A stretch of DNA of 38,648 bases from a virus, in the IMG/VR virus record IMGVR_UViG_3300026311_000005, positions 1 to 38,648 of that record; one strand, given 5' to 3'. Under the pieces are notes generated by a model, which was not told the origin of the DNA, made no database searches, and was given only the letters and a program-made list of their open reading frames with translations. Below, piece by piece: positions 34,193 through 38,648 of the stretch. Every line of letters starts with the position of its first letter. The stretch's first letter is position 1. A program made the translations under genes and the position numbers.

Positions 34193-34596
34193 TCTCCGCC
34201 GCCATCACCGAGGCCCTGGAGCGGATACGGGCTCGGGAGGGGCAGCCCGGATACGAGGGGCCAAAGATCACCAGCTACATCAGAAACGTCGCCGCCATAC
34301 AGTACCTGATGGTGCGAGGCGGCGGTGACTTCATGCCGAAGGTGACCGAAGATGCCATCGTCGGCGCTGTGGGCCGAGCCTGCATAAAAATGGGATGGGG
34401 GAGCACAAACAACGGCGAGTCCGCAGACGGATATCAATATGCGATCATGGAGCCGGGAAAAAGCGACGATTGCATAGCCATCAAGTGCAGCCCGTCCGCC
34501 GCCCTCGCCGCTCTCCTCGCGTGGGAGGCCGCTATCGGAGGAGGTGAGAAATCAGATAGCAGTCGAGACTCTAAGCTTGACGGAGTGAGGGGATAG
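34189..34596 (+). CDS. Hypothetical protein (135 aa)
   Basis: ATG overlaps the upstream stop (ATGA); internal start of track ORF 34135..34596. Confidence 0.35.
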   Translation: MISAAITEALERIRAREGQPGYEGPKITSYIRNVAAIQYLMVRGGGDFMPKVTEDAIVGAVGRACIKMGWGSTNNGESADGYQYAIMEPGKSDDCIAIKCSPSAALAALLAWEAAIGGGEKSDSSRDSKLDGVRG

Positions 34597-34604
34597 CGCC
34601 CCTC
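34587..34604. terminator. Hairpin between convergent operons (GAGGGG, loop, CCCCTC) followed by a T-tract on the plus strand
   Basis: Read directly; sits in the 12-nt gap between the stops at 34596 and 34609. Confidence 0.3.
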
Positions 34605-34608
34605 GCCG

Positions 34609-35463
34609 CTATTTTTGGATCGCCGCAAGGATCTTGGCCGCCTTCACTTTTCCGATTTTCGGGACTGTGAGGAGCTTTTCCATCAGGTACTCGTCGGGCA
34701 CCGCTCCGGGCGGATGCTCGCACCAAAGGGCGGGCTCAATCCCTGCATCGATCATGTTCCGGGCCAGCGTCGGCCCCACTCCCGGCAAACACATTAGCAT
34801 GGCTTCTTGAGTTGATTCGCATTTCGGCATGGGGAGATGGATATCACCCTCCAAGTAGGCCCGCGACTCCCTGACAATTTGAGAAATATTCCGCCGCATC
34901 GCCCACTCCTCCGGGACCTCCAGCGTCATCGGAGGCATATCGAGAGGCGATTCGCCGAAAGCCACATCGACACCCGACGCCTTCAGAGCGGCGATACCTC
35001 GCCGGATCATGGCCTCGGCCTGCGCCCGCTCCCTGGGATTCCTCCATCCCGCCCCCGTCACTGCGGGCAACGTCCTCAGGACGTCCCCCAGAGACCCCAG
35101 GACGGCGACTTGGAGCGGGTAGGGACATTGCCTGCGCTGGGAGGATATATGGCCGTTCTGGAGGCTCTGAGCGAAGTCTGCGGGCATCTTCAGCTCGACG
35201 GCCCGATACTTCCTGATATATCGAGCTTCGGCGTCTTCCATTCGCCTCACGTCGGGGCCACTAGTCCATTCAGCCGAAAAGATCAGATCCACCTCCGCAT
35301 CACCGAAGGAAAAATCGTACTCGTCCGGGTGCCGGGCGATATACTCGGCGAGGGCGAGGTGGCGATCGGTCCCGCGCTCGCCGGGGGCCATGAGAATGGA
35401 GATCATTCTTCGTGCCTCCGAAAGTCGATCAGCGTCGCGGAGTAGGTCGATGGCGGACTTCAT
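34609..35463 (-). CDS. Putative DNA-binding or DNA-processing protein with tandem C-terminal helix-hairpin-helix motifs (284 aa)
   Basis: C-terminal LPGVGPTLARNMI and LTVPKIGKVKAAKILAAI segments; start at the ATG at 35463 overlapping the upstream stop. Confidence 0.45.
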   Translation of the reverse strand: MKSAIDLLRDADRLSEARRMISILMAPGERGTDRHLALAEYIARHPDEYDFSFGDAEVDLIFSAEWTSGPDVRRMEDAEARYIRKYRAVELKMPADFAQSLQNGHISSQRRQCPYPLQVAVLGSLGDVLRTLPAVTGAGWRNPRERAQAEAMIRRGIAALKASGVDVAFGESPLDMPPMTLEVPEEWAMRRNISQIVRESRAYLEGDIHLPMPKCESTQEAMLMCLPGVGPTLARNMIDAGIEPALWCEHPPGAVPDEYLMEKLLTVPKIGKVKAAKILAAIQK

Positions 35464-35798
35464 CGCCCCGCCTCCCGCTCGGCCTCCAGCGCCGCGATGT
35501 ATGCCGCCAGGATCGCCTCGGCGGCGGTCTCGCCGTATCCATCTTGCGAAATCGAGCCGGTTCCATCCCAAAAAATGGTGGCCTCATATTTCACATCGAA
35601 ATATGAGGTACATCTGACCTCAAAAAACAGAAATCGGTCGTCTGCCGCGATCGCGTCCTGGATGACGCCCTGGATGATGTAATGTCCTAGCGGCGATCTC
35701 GGGTATACGACCAAACCTAACACCTTGTCTACACGGCTCCACGTCTCCGGGTCCAGCTCTTTCAGCTTCGCGAGAAGCTCACTCATCGATTCTGTCAT
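35460..35798 (-). CDS. Hypothetical protein (112 aa)
   Basis: ORF track; first gene of a divergently transcribed pair. Confidence 0.4.
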   Translation of the reverse strand: MTESMSELLAKLKELDPETWSRVDKVLGLVVYPRSPLGHYIIQGVIQDAIAADDRFLFFEVRCTSYFDVKYEATIFWDGTGSISQDGYGETAAEAILAAYIAALEAEREAGR

Positions 35799-35805
35799 GA
35801 TCTCC

Positions 35806-35888
35806 CTATTATGGATCGATAGATATATATACCTTCCCCCTAATTAGGATATATGAACCCTGAAGATACCTTCAGTGCGGAGGTCTAC
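35806..35888. promoter_or_regulatory. Divergent promoter region with TATA-like boxes and a 16-bp palindrome
   Basis: ATATATAT at 35823-35830, GGATATATGA at 35848-35857, CTGAAGATACCTTCAG at 35860-35875, GGAGGT 5 nt before the plus-strand ATG. Confidence 0.4.
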
Positions 35889-35987
35889 ATGGGCCGGGTT
35901 ACGATCCCCGCCAACATCCGCAAAAGGTTTGGGATAGAGAACGGGGACGAGGCAGTTCTAGTAGTTCTAAAGAAGGTGGAGAGATGA
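35889..35987 (+). CDS. AbrB/MazE-type (swapped-hairpin) small DNA-binding protein (32 aa)
   Basis: Manual translation MGRVTIPANIRKRFGIENGDEAVLVVLKKVER; stop overlaps the next ATG (ATGA). Confidence 0.4.
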   Translation: MGRVTIPANIRKRFGIENGDEAVLVVLKKVER

Positions 35988-36838
35988 CCATAGAAGAGAC
36001 CATAAAACAATTCATCGAAGACGTAAACGCCGAGTTCGGCTCGGACCTCGCCATAGACAGCCAGGGCGGGGATGGGGAGATATCGATCAACTGGCCCGGA
36101 CACGGCCACATCTACGTAGACGCCAAAACCGGCGAGATCCTGGGGAAGACGAAGCTCCAGGGGGGACTGGTAGACAAGCTCCGGGGCGCTCTGGGGGGCA
36201 ACGTCCCCGCCGTTCCGGGGCGAGGCGGCCAGATCCGACCCGCCAGCAAAGCCGCTCAATCCCTCCGAGAAATCCAGGACGAGGAGGCCGTCGCCTTCGT
36301 CGTCGATAGAAAATCAGGGAAGAAGGCCCCCACCGCCGCCCTCATCTCCAGAGCGGCCAACGCCGAGGGCCTGAGCTTCGAAGTGCTGGACTACGACCAC
36401 CGGCGCGACTTCGTGAAGGTGGCGATCCGGGCGACGTCCCCGGAAGGCCGGTATAATGACGCCGTGGTATCGGTTTATAAAGATGAATACCTCGCTCCCT
36501 ACGCCTGGGAGCTGGTGCAAAACAACTGTCCGTCGGCGGTAGAGGCGGTTGACCCGGAGACGGGGATGCCGATATTCCGGGAGGGGGCAACTATCCGAGT
36601 CCCGAAGAGCCGGGATGGTTCCAGGCTCTATGAGGAGGTTCCGGTCATCCTGTGGCTCGCCCAGAAGCTCGCCGCCCGGTGGCTATTCGCGCCCCGGAGC
36701 TGCGAGACGAAAGCCAAAGCCAGAGCCGCTAAGCAACTTCTGAATACTGACGCTGCCCCAACGAGCTGGCAGGAGCCCGAAGAGATCGCCGACGAGGAGA
36801 TGGAGTCATCACTGGTAGAGGGCGAGGTGGTGAGCTGA
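35984..36838 (+). CDS. Hypothetical protein (284 aa), translationally coupled to the AbrB-like gene
   Basis: ORF track; no recognisable motif. Confidence 0.45.
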   Translation: MTIEETIKQFIEDVNAEFGSDLAIDSQGGDGEISINWPGHGHIYVDAKTGEILGKTKLQGGLVDKLRGALGGNVPAVPGRGGQIRPASKAAQSLREIQDEEAVAFVVDRKSGKKAPTAALISRAANAEGLSFEVLDYDHRRDFVKVAIRATSPEGRYNDAVVSVYKDEYLAPYAWELVQNNCPSAVEAVDPETGMPIFREGATIRVPKSRDGSRLYEEVPVILWLAQKLAARWLFAPRSCETKAKARAAKQLLNTDAAPTSWQEPEEIADEEMESSLVEGEVVS

Positions 36839-36913
36839 TATGTCTCTCGAAGAGATAGCCGAGGAGACGCCGCTCGTCTTCGCGGCATGGGTGGCCGAGA
36901 TGGAGGGGACGAC

Positions 36914-37321
36914 ATGATCCGCCTCCCCCTTTTGGCCGCGCTCCTCCTCGTCGTCGGTGGAACGGCGGAGTGGTCCCTCGCCACCGGCATCGCCCCTGAA
37001 CCGTTCACGAGCGATCGGCTCGCCGTCGACGTGGCCCGGCTCGCCGGGGGCAACCTGACTCTCGAAGAGTGGGTCGTCGTCCTCGCCCTAGGGCATGGCT
37101 ACAACGTCACCATGGACGGAATAGTGACGTTGGACGACGGGGAGCGGATCGATATCTCCGCCCTATACATCGTGGTATCCGGTCCCATCGAAATATCCCT
37201 GGAGCACGCCCCCCACAAAAATGATGAATCACCACCATATAGCCGAGCCGCGCGTTGGTACTTTGGGCTCGTACTCGATCACGAGTCGAATCTTGGCACA
37301 CCCGCAATAATTGTACAATGA
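36914..37321 (+). CDS. Hypothetical secreted protein (about 135 aa); 3' end overlaps the convergent gene 37229..37720
   Basis: Signal-like N-terminus MIRLPLLAALLLVVGGTA; high third-position GC in the first two thirds only. Confidence 0.3.
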   Translation: MIRLPLLAALLLVVGGTAEWSLATGIAPEPFTSDRLAVDVARLAGGNLTLEEWVVVLALGHGYNVTMDGIVTLDDGERIDISALYIVVSGPIEISLEHAPHKNDESPPYSRAARWYFGLVLDHESNLGTPAIIVQ

Positions 37322-37720
37322 TACCCCAAACTGAAGTGCCCTGATCGCGGCTGCCGTCCAAGGCTGTCCAGTGGAGGGGTCAGTCGTCCACTCCTGGGTA
37401 TAATTGACCCAGGCTTTCGTCGCGTCAATCTCGGCACCGTAGTATAGTGTCGAGTTTATCAGAAGCGTTCCCTTGGCCCAACTGGGCGAGTAACCGCCGT
37501 CGTTCAGTTGGAGTATCAAGCTGACTTTCGATATAGACTTCGCCTCGAAGCCAGCTAATCCGGCGTCGTAAGTGTCGGTATACCACACATCGTCGTACCA
37601 ACAATCGACGTACGTTGAGGTAGATTCGTCAGCGACGAGCATGTAATTAGTAGAGCCCCCCATAGGGTAACACTGCGTATAAGCGCCCGGTCCGACGGGT
37701 GCGACGGTAAGTGTCTCCAC
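37229..37720 (-). CDS. Last gene of the tail cluster (163 aa), possibly a fibre-associated or receptor-binding protein
   Basis: ATG 1 nt after the tail fibre stop; Trp/Tyr-rich. Confidence 0.4.
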   Translation of the reverse strand: METLTVAPVGPGAYTQCYPMGGSTNYMLVADESTSTYVDCWYDDVWYTDTYDAGLAGFEAKSISKVSLILQLNDGGYSPSWAKGTLLINSTLYYGAEIDATKAWVNYTQEWTTDPSTGQPWTAAAIRALQFGVSLYNYCGCAKIRLVIEYEPKVPTRGSAIWW

Positions 37721-37721
37721 T

Positions 37722-38648
37722 CTACATCACCCTCGTCGGTACCCTGACCTCGAACGACTCCACGAGGAAGTCGCTAGTGAGATTATTCGAGCTGGGCGCT
37801 ATCCTCGATATCGCCAGCCTCACCCTTTGACCGGCAGACCAACCAAGGGAGCTGACGGTCGCCGTCCAGGTGTAGATGACGGGCCGGTTCTGGGTGGCGT
37901 TGCAGGCTAGGTCGCCTGAGTCGCTGGCGGTCGAGTAAGCAGTATCGACAGACCCTGCGCCGCTCGACAGGACCAACTGCTTCACCCTGAACTTAACGTT
38001 CTTGCCGGCGGCCGCCGTCTTGGCCCACCCCACGAGGGCGAACGTTATGGTTCCCCCAGTGTTGATGTCGGCCGGCACCACGAAGGCCGGCGCCTGGGCC
38101 GTCTCCTCGGTAGTGTCATCGAATGCAAGCGTAACCACCGCCTGGTTCGTCCCATCCAATAGGTATTCCTCGGGCGAGTTGGCGGCGTCAAGGTTGAATG
38201 CGGTGGGCGGCAGCACGAGGATCCTCGTGCTGTAGAGATACGTCCAGGCCGGATCGTCTGCACCCATCGACAGAACGGAGTACTGGGAGCCTTTGGCGAG
38301 CCTGGCGGCGTCACCGGATCCCCGGTATAGCAGGTCTCCCCGGGTCGTGAGGATCTGGTTCAGAAGGGTCGCCAGGGTGGCCCAGGCCGGATCGTCTGCA
38401 CCCATCGACAGAACGGAGTACTGGGAGCCTTTGGCGAGCCTGGCAGAAGTTCCGTCCGAGCGGTATAAGAGATCTCCCCTTGTGGTCAGGATCGTATCTA
38501 GTATCGCCGCCGGAGTCGAAACCCCTCCGAACAGAGGCCGGTCGTCCCGGTAAATGTAGCTGTTGGAGCCGTCGTCGGCGTCATCGATATGAACCGATCC
38601 CACCCGATGATAGACCAGGCAGATCGGGACGGTATTCGCGACGAGAGC
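37722..38648 (-). CDS. Tail fibre protein, C-terminal portion (38522-38648 duplicates 1-127); contains a tandem 46-aa repeat
   Basis: ORF track 37722..38603 with no stop upstream to the window end; internal repeat ILTTRGDLLYR...ARLAKGSQYSVLSMGADDPAW occurs twice; last large gene of the tail cluster. Confidence 0.6.
   Translation of the reverse strand, partial: ALVANTVPICLVYHRVGSVHIDDADDGSNSYIYRDDRPLFGGVSTPAAILDTILTTRGDLLYRSDGTSARLAKGSQYSVLSMGADDPAWATLATLLNQILTTRGDLLYRGSGDAARLAKGSQYSVLSMGADDPAWTYLYSTRILVLPPTAFNLDAANSPEEYLLDGTNQAVVTLAFDDTTEETAQAPAFVVPADINTGGTITFALVGWAKTAAAGKNVKFRVKQLVLSSGAGSVDTAYSTASDSGDLACNATQNRPVIYTWTATVSSLGWSAGQRVRLAISRIAPSSNNLTSDFLVESFEVRVPTRVM
38522..38648. repeat. Terminal direct repeat, copy 2 (identical to 1-127)
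   Basis: Same comparison as above. Confidence 0.9.

Noticed and set aside
36840-36917. 25-aa micro-ORF between the 284-aa gene and the secreted-protein gene
   Set aside because: Too short to support without expression evidence; noted only because its stop overlaps the next ATG

Overview
The window appears to be one complete tailed-virus (siphovirus-like, HK97-fold) genome of about 38.5 kb plus a 127-bp overlap: bases 1-127 are identical to 38522-38648, and a tail-fibre gene on the minus strand runs across the junction. All calls are from reading the sequence and the supplied ORF track by eye; no database search or computation was run, so coordinates of sub-60-aa ORFs and hairpins may be off by a few bases. 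Almost everything is on the minus strand as one long late cluster running from about 27444 down to 857 and across the window junction to 37229: small regulatory genes, small and large terminase, portal, scaffold, major capsid protein, head-tail connector genes, tail tube, a tail chaperone pair with a likely -1 frameshift, a 1373-aa tape measure protein, two paralogous large tail proteins and a collagen-like tail fibre. The remainder is two adjacent orphan DNA methyltransferases and three short plus-strand cassettes (27697-28853, 33421-34596, 35889-37321). No integrase, reverse transcriptase, CRISPR array, tRNA or recognisable replication enzyme was found. The most unusual features are two arrays of degenerate 5-bp NNGTC repeats (27536-27672 and 28869-29025) that flank the only two-gene plus-strand cassette of unknown function, and an AT-rich 230-bp region (26100-26330) carrying perfect inverted copies of an 18-bp element containing the palindrome GTAAGATCTTAC. 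Other points worth follow-up are a capsid-module protein with a formylglycine-generating-enzyme-like (C-type lectin fold) domain, a secreted protein dense in N-x-S/T sequons, and TATA-like boxes about 25-30 bp upstream of several start codons, which together hint at an archaeal host but do not prove it.
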